A stretch of 64,000 bases of DNA from the human T2T-CHM13v2.0 reference genome, Homo sapiens, in assembly GCF_009914755.1 (NCBI RefSeq), contig NC_060938.1. One strand, 5' to 3'. The notes beneath the pieces were generated by a model that worked only from the letters and a program-made list of their open reading frames with translations, ran no database searches and was not told the origin of the DNA. The position numbers were made by a program, and so were the translations under genes. Positions 43,962 through 57,770 of the stretch are shown one piece after another; the first letter of the stretch is position 1; each line of letters begins with the position of its first letter.

Positions 43962-44259
43962 TTTTTTTGCGACAGTATCTCACTGTTGCCCAGGCTGGAG
44001 TGCAGCAGTGTGATCATGGCTCACCTGAAACCTTGAACTCTGAACTCCCAGGCTCAGGCAATCCTCCCACCTCAGCCTCTCAAAGAGCTGGAACCACAGA
44101 CATATGTCACCACACCCAGCTAGTATTTTTTATTTTTACTTTTTTGTAAAAGTCTCACTATGTTGCCCAGACTGATCTCAAACTCCTGGGTTCAAGCAAT
44201 CCGCCTGCCTCAGCCTCCCAAAGTTCTCGGATTACAGGTATGAGCCACTGTGCCCCGCT
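43962..44259 (-). mobile_element. AluJ-like
   Basis: Reverse Alu with ggctcaggcaatcctcccacctcagcc; flanking gtcctttt is TSD-like. Confidence 0.92.
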
Positions 44260-44504
44260 GAAGTCCTTTTTCTTAAGAAATGTGTACCAAGGTATTTCGT
44301 GTGAAAGGGGTGTGTTAACTCTAACGTCTCTAAAATAGTTCAGAAAAAAAAAAAAAGTCCAGAGAGAGAATGATAAGCAATGAGGTCAAAACAGTTGGCA
44401 AATCGAAATGAATGCTATATCAGCACCTTTTGTACATTCTTGCCACTTTTCTGTAAGTTTTAATTCATTTCAAAAGAAAAGAAAAATCTTCAACTCCATT
44501 TATA

Positions 44505-44720
44505 GAACCACGTGGGAGGTGTTATGCTGAGCACTTTACCTCTGTTACCTTCTCAGATCCTCACGGTAACCTTCGGAGAAAAATGCAATTATTCCTATTG
44601 AAAAGTGAGGAAACTGAGGCTCGCAGAGATGAAGAGACTCATCTAAGATCACAAAGCAGAAAGTGCTGTAGTTGGGATTTGAGCCCAAAGCCCTTTCCCA
44701 AGGCCCAGGCTCTAATTCAC
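44505..44720 (-). mobile_element. MIR
   Basis: gtgaggaaactgaggctcgcagagatgaagagactcatctaagatcaca and gggatttgagccca. Confidence 0.7.
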
Positions 44721-45064
44721 CAGGGCACGTGGTCTAAGAGATCGTCTACCAGGTACAGCCCAGGCTGTTCTCGGCTGGAGGAAGAGACAAGAGCTGGGTT
44801 AACAAGGCCAGCATCTGAGGGATGCTGGTCCCTTGGCCACTGCCTGGCTCACTCTGTGATCCTGGACAGGTGAGCTCACCCATCTCCCTGTCTGTGCCAT
44901 TTCCCCATATAGAAACAAGGGTCATCTAGTGTCCATCTTTAAACATCTGCCAGCCCCAAGGCAAAGGCTGCATCTGGCTCTTCACCAAGTCACTCCTGGG
45001 CCCAGCAGAGGTGAAGCCAGGCTGGAAGGAGACAATGGCTCAGAGAAAGGAATGCCCAGGGTAC

Positions 45065-45381
<317 letters not shown>

Positions 45382-45772
45382 TTAGTCCGCACCCTTCCAA
45401 ACATAACATAAAATAGCTGAAAGGATGAAATATCACAGAAGAAAGTGCGTGTGCAGCTTAATCTTAGGGGAAAAAAATATCAACCAGGTCTACTTCAGTG
45501 GTCTATTTAAGTCGATTCTGGAAAAACCTGGACAAACCTCCACAGTTTCTCAGGGTCTCCTTGAAACCACGAGGTTTCCAGTGTGGACTGATGGCAGAGA
45601 ACTCAGCCGTGTGAAAGCCACTGGCCTTCATCATCTGCCCAACAGCAGAAGAGTCACTCCACCTCCCTGCCACCTACCGTAGCAAGCCGAGCAGTGTCCT
45701 TCCAAATTCATGTCCGCCCAGAACCTCAGAATGTGATCTTATTTGGAAATACGGTCTTTGCACATGTAGTCA

Positions 45773-46075
<303 letters not shown>

Positions 46076-46225
46076 TTAATCCAATGACTGGTGTCCTTGT
46101 AAGAGACAGAAAAGGGCAAATGGAAACAGAGGAGGCCGGATGGAAAGAAAGGCAGACATGGGAGAGATGAGGCCACAAGCCAAGGAACACCAGGAGTCAT
46201 CAGAAGCAGGAAGAGGCAAGGAAGG

Positions 46226-46639
46226 TGATGTGGTTTGAATCTGGGTCCTCACCCAATCTCATGTTGAATGTATCCCCAGTGCTGGAGGTGGGGCCTGGAG
46301 GGAGGTGACCGGATCATCCGGGTGGTTTCTGATGGTTTAGTGCCACCCCCTATTGCTGTTCTTGTGATACAGTTCCTCTGTGATCTGGTTGTTTAAAGTG
46401 TGTGGCTCCTCCCCGCACTCTACTCCCCTCTTTCTCCTGCTCCCGCCTGCAAGTCGCACCCGCCTCCCCTTCGCCTTCCGCCATGATTGTACATTTCCTG
46501 AGGCCACCCCAGAAGCTGAGCAGGTGCTGCCATGCTTCCTGGACAGCCTGCAAAACTGTGAGCCAATTAAACCTCTTTTATTTATAAATTACCCAATCTT
46601 AGGTATTTCTTTACAGCAATGCGAGAGCAGCCGAATACA
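46226..46639 (+). mobile_element. MST-type MaLR solo LTR nested in MLT1
   Basis: Starts tgatgtggtttgaatctgggtcc, contains gccttccgccatgattgt and ctgtgagccaattaaacctctt, ends in aataca. Confidence 0.9.
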
Positions 46640-49600
46640 GGATTCCCCCCCCAGAGCCTCCAAAAGGAACTGGCCCCGCTGACACCTTGACTTTGGACTT
46701 CTGGCCTCCAAAAATGTGAGAGAACAAATTTCTGTTGTTTTAAGACCCCTAGGGTTTCCCACATGATCGTTTGCTGTGGCTGCCATCACAAATGACCATC
46801 ATAATGTGGCCATTCGTGGTAGTGCCGTAGGAAGCTATTACACCTTCTCTTATAGATTTTTAAGGGTAAACATGACATCACTGACGAGAGAAGGCTGAGC
46901 AAATTCCAGACACACTTCTCACCCCCCACATTTGCCATCCTGTGCAACATTCTGCCTCATTTCCCAAAGTGACTTCCATGGAGGTAACTCGGAGCCACCT
47001 GCCACAGCCTCCAAACCGATCACAACTTCACCAGCCAGCAGTCGCCTGTTAACCAAAAACACTGCAGTGAGGAAGGCTGGCTGTCTCTTCCATCAGGGAG
47101 CAACGTGCCCATGTCTAGCAGCCGAGGAGCTGTTAAGGAAATTCTAGTTAACCCGCTTGCAGGGTTGTGATGTAGCCACTGACAGGGTGGCTGCAGACTA
47201 AGAGGAAAAATGCATCTGATGCAGCGTGGACTGAAAAAGCCAGATTCCACATAAACCCACAGCAGGCGGGCCCGCAGCCAGCACACCCCTGCCCGGGAGA
47301 GAACACACAGATCAATCTCAGGGGAAAGAAATCTTCCCAGCAGAGGCCACGGGACTGGGCTGCATGGGTCTGGGTTTTTCTTCTACATTTCCCCATCTTC
47401 CTAAGCTTCTCTAGGGAACACATCCCCTTTGAAATTAAAAAAAAAAAAAATCAAACCTGCACCTAGGCCCCACTCACCCCCTGCACACAGCCAGGTGTTC
47501 TTTCCCTCCTTGTGGGAACCTACTCACACCAGCTGCCCCCTGGATAGATGCTCCCTGGACACCAGGGAAAGGGACCCAGGACCTTTCAGCCCAGAGTGGC
47601 CTCCACCAAAGCCTGCCCTCTTAGCAAGGAAGGGGGTCTGCCCACCCACACACGCAGCCCTCATGCCTGCCTCATGCCTGCGGGCACCAATGCTGCAGCC
47701 AGGGCTGGGTAGGGTGAAGGGGCAGCCAGGAGGTGGGAGGGTCTGGGCCGGGAGAGCCTAGGACAGCCCATGAATCTTCTGGGCCTCAGTTTTCCCATCT
47801 GTAAAATGATAAAAACCACACACTCAACGAGATCCCTGGGAGGGACGACTGCTCACAGCACCATCAGTGGAACCTCAGGGGAGGCAGGAGAGCCATGAGT
47901 ACCGCACACAGAGACTCCAGGGCACCTGTATGCCAGGTGCCAGGCCCGGCCCCAGCACTGCTTCTCTATTCTCAGAGCAGCCCCCAGACCGCCAGCATCA
48001 CGCCCGCCTCACAGGGAAGGGACTGCGCAGGCTCTGTCCACCTGGGCATTCAAATGCCACTGGAGGAGGGTGCAGAGTGGGCTGTGCTCGCTGGGCCCGG
48101 TGTACTCAATGCACGCCTCCTCCCTGCTGCCCCAACCCTATGGCCTAGAGAAAGGTCTTGAGGGCAGGGAAACAGGTGAGAGAGTGGCCGCCTGGGCGGA
48201 GTCGCAGAACACCAAGCGAGCAGGTTTGTTCATCAACAGCCACAGACCACCTCTGCCCGATACCAGGGCCCATGGGAGCCAAGCCATCTCTGCAGAAGGG
48301 AAGCAAGGTCTGGAGAGGGACGGGCCTCCTCAGAGAACAGGGCTCCCACAAGGCCTCCACCCCCAGGCCCACAGGGAGCCTTGCCAGGGTAAAGCTGCCT
48401 GTGTCCACTAGAAGCCTGGGCCGGGCCACAGGACAGTTCCCCTGCCTCCCTCAGTCTCCACAGGGCAGGGATGCATTTGCAGAGAGGGCTCTGCTGCTCC
48501 CTTCAGCAGAATCCACAAGCCACTGAGTGCTGAAGCCCCACCCACTACGTGCATGGGGGGGTGCCTGCTGCCACACGCCTCCAGGGCTCCCGACAAGCCA
48601 CATGGCCGTAGCGGCCCTGGCCTCCTGGGACCCAAGGCCAGGAGGAAAACTCTGAAAGGTCAGATGTGAAAAATGCCACCAGACCCAAGGTCAGGCAGGG
48701 AGACCCAATGTCCAGGAACACAGGCCTTAGGGACACCAGCTGGCACCTGGTCGCTCTAGGCACAGAGCATCCATTCCTACAAACCCATGTCACAGAGAGT
48801 GGACAGCCCCGTGACCAGCTGGACTGGCATGTGGCTCAGCAGGGGTGGGGCCTGGGCACCTGCCCAGCCATCCTCCACGGCAGCAGAGCGCTCTGCTGGT
48901 ACTTGGTCTCCCTCCAGGGGACACCTACAGGGCAGTCCCTCCCCCACTGGAAAATCAGGTCATAAATCAGCATTACTGTCCTTTGTTGGGCACCAGGGGC
49001 GGGCGCCATGCAGTGGCTCCTGGCTCAGACCTTGCAGGACCTGCTCTGTGCTGCGAGCGGGCAGACCCTCCATTCCTCAGTCTGCAGATGAGGAAACAGC
49101 CCCCAGGGGCCCAGGCGCACACCACAGCCACCCAAGGCCCCAGCCTGGAGAACCCACAAGCTCCAGGCACTGTGCCCAGCACACATGAAGCTGGGTAAAT
49201 GTGGGAAGGGGGCAGAGGAGGGATGCCAGGTGGGAGCAGGGAGACCGCCTTAGGTTTTGGAACCCAGCTGTGAAAGAATCCCCTGCGCTACGGCGTTGGT
49301 GAGATTAAACGAAACTCCACTCAGTAGGGAATGGCACCAAGGGGGCCTGGCCCTTGCCTGGCATGCAGTGACGTGCTTATCCCCTCCTTCCTCATCCCTC
49401 TTCCTGGGCTCCCCACGCGAGGACCTCAGTGCAGAGCCACTGACTGGAACACCTGCTTCCTTCAGCTCCACCTATTCACGGAAATGCCCGGTAGGGAGCC
49501 AGCCCAGTGTTACCCCACAGGTGAGGACATGATGATGTCATCATGGCCCACGTCTTCTGGGAAAAGGCCACCCTTCCACAAAACAAAAGCACAACCAGGC

Positions 49601-50154
49601 AGAAGAGAGCGACGCCCTCCAGCAAGCTGACCCTCTGCCCCCGGGCCTATGCAAACCCCCTGGCTACCTGGGGGTCCCCAGGTCCTGCTCCCCATTTCAT
49701 CTCTGCCCATCACCTTGGCTCCTGCCCCTCCCTCCTCTGGCACCCCTGAGGGCAGTGGCCAGCCAGTTTCACCCTTCTACCTCCACAAGCCCTAACCAAG
49801 TGCCACAGAGCCACAGCGCAATGCCACACAATCACTGAGGAACAGTAACGCGCTGCTGGACATCAGGCACATGGTGCATGAGGTGGACATGGCCACCCTC
49901 ACTGTACAGGCACAAAAACCAAGCTTCTGAGGAAGGGCAGTTGGCCACAGCCACATAGGGCCAGAGCTGGGGTTTGAACCAGGGCTGGCCCACACAGGAG
50001 GCGATATCCGAAACCTGCCTAGGTTGGCCTGGCCTCTGGGTGAAACAAAAGTTAATCCAGGACAGGGAACCCCCAACCTGGGTGAGAGGTGTGTCCCAAG
50101 GTTTCTCACGGAAACAGAAGGTCACAAAGGAGCCACCTCCTCCTCCATCCCTCC

Positions 50155-50350
50155 TGCACACCTCACCCTCACACACACATGCATGCACACACGTGTACAA
50201 ATGTATGCACATGCCCACATGTACACACAAAGGCACGCTCCCAGAAACATCCACACACAAGTGCATATTCACACACTCACCCTCATATGCACACACACAC
50301 CCATATGCACACACACACACAGGTATGTGCACACTCACACACTCACTCTG
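50155..50350. repeat. Degenerate (CA)n-rich low-complexity tract
   Basis: Interrupted cacaca/tgca runs. Confidence 0.85.
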
Positions 50351-50749
50351 TCTCTCCAGGGTCTTGACACTGCGGAAAGAGTATTGAGCTGGGGAACAGT
50401 CCAGGGGTCATTTATTTTAATTATTAAAACAGCAGCCACTTACTCTCGAGCCGTCTATAATGCCACTTAATTACCTAGTACATAAAACGGCCTTTGCATC
50501 TTAGCAGAGTAATAAATCAGCTCAGAACCAGAGTTTAAAGCATCCAAGCTGAAGATTCTGGAAGGGTAGAGGGGGATCCTTTGCCCCCTCCACTCCCCAA
50601 CCCAAGAAGCAATAAAACAGATGCCTCAGCCATGGCAGGGACTGGGTGCACTGGGAGGCCAGGCATCCTCCCTCCTGCTTCTCCGTCCACTCCTCGGGCC
50701 TGGGCCCCTGCCCTGCCGCGTTCCATCCTTTGTATGGTCAACAATAGCC

Positions 50750-50763
50750 CCGCCAGATGGCGC
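50750..50763 (+). promoter_or_regulatory. Candidate CTCF site
   Basis: CCGCCAGATGGCGC is a close match to the CTCF core. Confidence 0.45.
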
Positions 50764-53654
50764 GGTGCAGGGAGCAGCCTCTGCAAGGCAATCGCTCATG
50801 CTGTCAGGACCCAGCAGGGCTGTGGGCAGGAGACCTGGGAAACTGGCCCAAGCCACGCCCCCCTCACCCTGCCCTGGCCACCTTCTGCTCCTGAGCCCAC
50901 AGGCACAGGCAGCTTCGAGCACAACTGGGCCATCTGGGAATAACTCGGGCAGGTACATCCCCCAAAGGGGGAGCCGGCAGAAGCACCAGATAATAAGGTG
51001 GTCACTCTGCATCTGCAAGATATAGGGAGGAAATGGGAGGGTGAGAGAGCAGGCAGGGAGATGTCAGGCACCATGCTTCCCACGAGGCGGGCAGAAGGCA
51101 GCGGCATGGCGCTCACCAGCCGGCAGACATAAATCACCCACTCCCGTGGGCCGTGCTGGCCTCCATGTGCCAGCATCCCTTGTGCCTCTCTGTGGGCAAG
51201 GGGACATGCAAAATGGCATAGGCAGGAAGGAATAAATTCACTGTGCCATTCCTGGGCACGAGCCAGATGGGCTAGCAGAGTCTGCCCTCTGAGCACGGCC
51301 TCCAGGGTATGTGGGGCAGGGGGTGGGCACAGGTCCTTGGCAATGGAACCCTGGGCTGTTCCCAAACTTGGCCATTTCAAGCATCGCTTCAAGTAAGCAG
51401 CCTGGGCACGGACCATCTGCAAGTGTATAAGCAGCCCGTTTTCCTGCAGGAAAAATTTCCAGCCTACATGTACACAGGTGGTGGGATTGCTGGTTGAAGG
51501 GGACTTGCCTTTGCAATTGTCTAGAAATGACCAGATTACGCTCCATAGAGGCTGGACCTCACTCCCATTAGCCATGGAAGAGAGCACTGTCTCTCCACAG
51601 AAGTTTCTTGTTTTGTTGTTTGTTCTGTGCAGTGAAGGGGACAGAGAGGTGGAGACCTCTTCGCACCCACTGCTGCGTCCTTGCTGCTCTCTGGTCCTGA
51701 TAACCAAGAAGCACCAGGGTCTTGCACTCTCCTCCTTGCACCCTCCCCAGACCCACAAGATGGAAGAGGGTGGAGAAGCCAGCAGCAGCAGGGCCCAGCT
51801 GACCCCAGGACATGCCCCATATGCCTGTGCCCACCTTGCAGCATGTTAGGGTTTTGGTCAGCAGGAGCACGTCCGCACTTTTCTGAAGCCTCCTCCTCCA
51901 TGGAGCCTTCCTGATTTCCCTATTGAGTTGCACGACACCGTTTATCTGTCCTGGGCGCCAGCACCTCTAGTTCTTTTTTATTCTATCTCATCTTGTAATG
52001 TCTCTACCACCTGACTCTGAGCCCCCCAGGGGGGCAGGCCCCAGCTGGCTGGTGTGTGCATCCCCGAGGGCCTGTCATGCAGTCCCAGTGGCAGGAAGTA
52101 TCTGGCTGGGGCAATCAGGAGGCTGAGACAGTACTGGCTGCTGGTTCGTCCAGGCCCATCTCACAACAGCAGGAACAACATCCAGCCTTTTAAGGCCCCT
52201 TGGCAACCGTCCAAATTAAATTTTCCTTACAGAAGGCTAGGAACCCAGCCAACCTGAGCCTTCTGGACAGACTGAGTTCAGCTTAGAGGGACACTGGACA
52301 TGGGTGGGGAGGGCGTGGGGACAAGTGCAGAGAAAACACTCACTGGAGAACGTGCACTCGTCCATGGAAGCTCCAGAAGGTGCGGGATCTGCGTGGCGGC
52401 AGCTGCCACAGGGGGCAACCAACCGCCTTCCAAGGAGAGGGGACGCAGACCCTCTCCCGGCAGCCCGCGGCCTCTGATCATGCAGCCAGGCGGCTGCACT
52501 TGGCTTTTAGTCATGGGCCGGTGAGCTCACTGTCCCCCAACTGGTTTTCCACCAAGAGCTGCTGAAACTAAAGCATGGCCACTTGGGGATGATGGGACTT
52601 GGCCCTGTTCTTGGGCTCGCTGGAGCCCATCCCCCTGCATTAATTCCAGCTGCCCCTCTCACCTTCCACAGCTCGTCGTGTGCACAATCCCCTCCTCCTC
52701 CACCACCCCTGCGGGGCTCAGCTCTGAGCAGGCTCTCTCACGCCATGGAGGTCTGACCCCCAGTGCAGAGGGATGCCTGGGTTGGCACCCCCTGGCATGC
52801 AATGCCTGGCACAATGTGGAGAAGGGAAGGAGGAGGAGGAAAGCCTTCAATCCCTCCCATAAAAGGGAGACAACCTAGAACCCTCTACAAGAGATCATCT
52901 AAAACCTTAGTAGCACTGGCCTGGACAAATTCAAGTTCTAGAATAACTGGAAGCCTAAAAATTAGGTTGGTCACATGCTCCAGGTGCATGAACCCAGGGG
53001 CAGAGTGTGTCTCTGTGATTCATGCAGCCAGGAGGGAGGCTGGGAGCGGGGGCAGGCTGCATGGGCAGCCGGGAAGAGTTGCCTCCTCTCTCCCTGGTGC
53101 AGGTGGATACAGAAGCCCGGGAGGACACCGGCCCCCACCCCACCTGCCTAATAACTCATTGTCTGGCTGTTGGGTTCATGGAAGAGTCTATAGTGGACAC
53201 CCCAACCCAAGCAGAAAAGACTCCAGAAGAGCAACAAACACAAATGGGTTTCCAGAAGGCCAGGCCAGGGAGGAGGGTGGGGAGACCCCAGAGAAGAGGC
53301 AGGATGATACACGAGGGCATGCCAGCAGCCTCCACCAAGGCAGGGGACAGTGGCTTTCAGCCGCGGGGCTGCTGCGCCCGTCTGCTCCAGCCCCGAGCCC
53401 AGAGGCACAATGAGCTGTCGTAACGCAGCGCCGAAATGTCCTGGGCACCGCTGACCATGAGGCCAACTGATGGAGACAACTCTGACAGCAAACAGGCAAC
53501 TTTATGGAGGGTCACAGGAGACTAGGGAAGGAAGCTGCAAGGGGCTCTGTGCTCTCCCAGCCCTACGCTCCAGAATCGTACTGAATGCTACTTGAAAAGG
53601 AAACTGGTCTTTCCTGACCACCCACTCGGTGGACGACTCACTCCTGCCAGTCAG

Positions 53655-53880
53655 CATCACTGCCAATGTCTTGTTGGCATTTACCATGTGCCAGGCACAG
53701 GGCCAAGCACACTGCATGGATCATCTCAGACCTCCAAGGTAAGCACTATCAGTGCCCTGTTTTACAGGTGGGGAAACCGAAGCTCTGGACAGTGCTGTAA
53801 ATTACGTACTCACCAAGAATGGTTCCTGGTAGCCTAAGATTTTGAATCCAGGGCTGACTGGCTCACAGCCGGGATCTTCA
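53655..53880 (-). mobile_element. MIR
   Basis: catttaccatgtgccaggcacagggccaagcac, ccctgttttacaggtggggaaaccgaagctc and gattttgaatccagg. Confidence 0.75.
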
Positions 53881-54969
53881 GGGATACACCCCTGGCCTCC
53901 CACCTCCCCTCCCCTCCCCTCCATCCGGAGAGGTGGGGCTTCAGGTTCACACTGACCTCCAGTGTGTGCAAGGTGCCAAGGTCCCTCGGCTCCCCCAGGT
54001 CTCAAATGCCTGTTCTCCCTGCCTGGCCCCATGAACTCTGCACCCATTTACATCAGGACAGCCTCATGGAATCAGTGTCTGGGCAGGCGCCTACCTCCTA
54101 CCAGGCACCTGCTACCCTGAAAAGGCCTGTAAGCAAACTCTGCCCCACGTCCACTGGCCACCATGGCACCTGGGCAGCATTTGGCATGAACCACCCCATC
54201 ACGTGGTCCCTCCCAACGAGGGGGCCTGCAGGAGGCAGGCAGCAGGGGCCTCTCAGGGTGACCAGGGCCTTGGACATTTCACTGTCCTGCACCCTCTACT
54301 GAAGGGAAGGGGCCCAGATGGCTTCCACTCTCAAGGTGGCGGCCTGCCGTGCCCTGGCTTCCTGAGGTGAGCATGCTAGCATAACATCCAGTACACCCAG
54401 AAAACCAGAAGGCAGCGCTCCAGCCTCAAGAGGGCCCGAACCCCTCTGCCCTTTCAAAGCCAAGCCAAGAGCCACCCAAGTTCCCAAGTAGTCCAGGCCT
54501 AGATTCCCCTCCAACGCGGCCCATCTCTGGGCCTCAGCCTTGCTTCCTCATGTGTGAGATGGGAAGCGGTCCCATCCCGATTCTCATCTGCGCTGATGTA
54601 GGAGGACAGATGAGTGCACAGTCACAGGAGCGCCTGGGAGAGCAGGTTCACCCACACATTCACAAGTCACCCTAAAGCTCGCTCCAGCCAGGCACGGTCT
54701 ATACACTGTGATAAGGATGTGGCCGCACAGAGCAGACCCACAGGAACACAGCAGATGGGACTTCTGGTCGCCCCAGGGGGGTCACAGGAGGGACAGAAGT
54801 TTTTCGGGTGGATGAGTTGGGGGCGTGACAACCAGGGGAGGCATGGTGGTGCCGAGACCCCATCAGGGCACCTGCAGTTTCCTAAAGAGCTTGGTAAGGC
54901 TGTGTTCTCACCAGCGGGAGGGACCCCTGGGCCAGGACAGCCAAGGTGCGGCAGATAAAACTAATCTTA

Positions 54970-55345
<376 letters not shown>

Positions 55346-55681
55346 TCACTCAGGGTGCTACAGCCAAACAAAGATGCCAGCACTCTTTTCGACAGCTGCG
55401 GATGACTCCAAATACACAAGACTGCCCCCCACTCCCACCCCCAGAGGAAATGGTTAAATACCCAGGAACTGAAGCAGGTCTAGATGCAGAGACTCCAGGG
55501 CACTGGTCCCAGACTGGCCTGGTCCCTTTAGGCAGAGAGGCAGGAGGGGCTCAGGCTGGTACAACTGCCCAGTTTGAATGGCCCTGGCCTAGCAGCCCCA
55601 GGCCCCGTATTGGGGAACAAATTCATGGACAGCAGGGAAGGGGAGCCCTGGGGAAGCCACAGACACTCTCTGGAGGCCACC

Positions 55682-55686
<5 letters not shown>

Positions 55687-55715
<29 letters not shown>

Positions 55716-55778
55716 GAGACAGAGTCTCACTCTGTCACCCAGGCTGGAGTGCAATGGCACGATCTCGGCTCACTATAG
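55687..55778 (-). mobile_element. Severely 5'-truncated Alu (tail plus ~60 bp of right arm)
   Basis: T29 followed by gagacagagtctcactctgtcacccaggctggagtgcaatggcacgatctcggctcact. Confidence 0.9.
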
Positions 55779-57284
55779 TCTCATGGGTTCATGGGCATTT
55801 CTAAAGGGCTGGAGTGGTGGGGCCCCAGGTCCCCGGACCCCTCCTAACTCCTCCTTCCTCCTTGGCCTTCCTCTCTCAGAACCTCTGTCCGAGGCAGCTC
55901 AGGGCATATCCCGCCTCCCCAGCTTCCTTGGGGGGTGGGAGGCAAGCCCTTGCACACCTAGAAGACAGCACCCCCACTACCACAGGCAAGCCTGCATGAC
56001 GACCTGAGGACCCCACTCAGGAAAGACGTGGCCACTGGACCCAGTGCCAACCCCGAGGGGGCTGCAGAGGAGCTAACAGGGGGCGACAGGGTGAAACCCT
56101 CAAGGAGGATGCCGCTGGGCCTCGCTCGGGGCAGGAGGGCAGGGCCGCTGGGCTGCACATCCCACAAATGTGAGGAGTACTTCAAGTTGCTTTATTATTA
56201 GTGGTTTGGCCCAAAGCCAGACACAGGCTCTGAGAAAAGGGCAGATAAAACGTGACTTCAGTCAGCCTCTCCACCAGGCCATCAACAATGTGGAGAGTCA
56301 GCATGTCACAGACAGAAAGGGAACCGTGATGAGGGGACGCTCCAGCAGACTTCTGCGGGGTCCTCGCCTCACCTCACCTTGAACATGGGTTCTGGAGGCA
56401 GGAGGAACTTCTCTCTCCTGGGAGGGCTGGCGCCTGGCACAGCCCCAGGTCCATGGGCTAGCTGAGGGTTCCTGGGGACCCCAGGAGGCGTCACTGCAGA
56501 CAGAGGCAGCTCAAAGAGGGGACATCAAATCCCCACTCCTGGCCTGTGTCCTCACTGTCTGCCAAGCCCCGTCCCCAGACCTAGCCACAGCAATATCCAT
56601 CTTTAACCAAAGAATAAAGCAGTAAGGCCCACATCGACCCATCTTCGTGAAGGAAGACCTAAATCCTCCCAACTCCCAGGGGTGGCCCTCCAGTACGAAG
56701 GCTGAAAACAAGGAACCAAGAAACAGAACCACATGACACAGGGCTCTGGTTTCTGAAGCACTGATGTCCCCAAAACAAACAGGCTGCTGGGCCAGTGGGG
56801 TGTGTGCTCGGCTCCACCAGACAGTATTCCAAAGGGTTCCCTGGATGTCCACACCTGGGCCCCAGCTCCGCCAGGCTGCCCTGCCCCACAGAGGCACCCA
56901 CCACTGCCTGGGGATCTAAGCAGTTACGGCTGCCCCAGGGCTGGGACCAAACCCACAGCCACAAAAACCAATGCCACCTACCCAGGAAGGCTTTGAACAG
57001 ACAAGAGACAGTGATTCAACGGTCCCAGGCCAAAAAGCCAGGACACTCCAGAGCCAAGAGCTGAACCCAGGCACATCCAGCCTCAAACCTGGATCCTACA
57101 CCACCCCAGGCAACCTCATCAGCACTTGAGACATTGCTAGTTCTTTGCACCTCTGCTTCCCCCCAACATGTCACACACCCCACATTTCAGGTGCAATGCT
57201 CCAAGGCGACGCAGGGAGGGATCTAGACCCAGGCAGGACTGATTTGGAACATCTGCGGATACTGGAGGTTAGAAAGACCCCTGT

Positions 57285-57420
57285 TGTAATCCCAACTTTG
57301 GGAAGCTGAGGCGGGAGGATAGCATGAGCCCAGGAGGTCAAGGCTGCAGTGAGCTATGATAGTGTCACTGCACTCCAGCCTGGGTGACACAGCAACACAC
57401 TGTCTCAAAAAAAAAAGAAA
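57285..57420 (+). mobile_element. Alu right-arm monomer (FRAM/AluJ-like)
   Basis: gagcccaggaggtcaaggctgcagtgagctatgat, then A tail. Confidence 0.85.
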
Positions 57421-57569
57421 GAGCCTGAGCTCAGGCCCAGCGTTACCCTGAGTGGTTCACAGGTAGGCAGGACACGGACCTGTGGGGACAGGGAAGACTC
57501 CAGGAAGGAAGTGGGGCTTGAAATGTGCCCTCCTGAGACCAAATCCCCCTGCCAGGCAGGGGCATCCAC

Positions 57570-57770
57570 GTGCAGCTTTCACATCTGTTCTGAGTGCCTC
57601 ACATACCTCATCCCATCCAGCCCTCATTGCAGCCCTGCAATATGGAAAGTTCTAGCATCTCCCCACTTTACCCCTGAGGAAAGAGGCACAGAGAAGTTCA
57701 CAAAGCCCAGGGCCACACAGCAACCAATGCTGGGGCCACTGTGAGCCAGGCCCTGGGGCCCTGGACAGGT
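57570..57770 (-). mobile_element. MIR
   Basis: ctccccactttacccctgaggaaagaggcacagagaagttc and cccagggccacacagc. Confidence 0.55.

Larger units (their letters stand above)
43200..44490 (+). mobile_element. Ancient L1M (L1MC/ME-like) 3' region interrupted by two Alus
   Basis: ttcttgcccaaaatgcacagcctgaacctaat, ggaaacatcagaca, atcaacgttaaat and ttgtacattcttgccacttttctgtaagttt. Confidence 0.7.

Noticed and set aside
50796-51758. Longest ORF in the track (320 aa, minus strand)
   Set aside because: Non-ATG start, no recognisable domain, and composition typical of GC-rich intron. Long stop-free frames are expected at this GC content.
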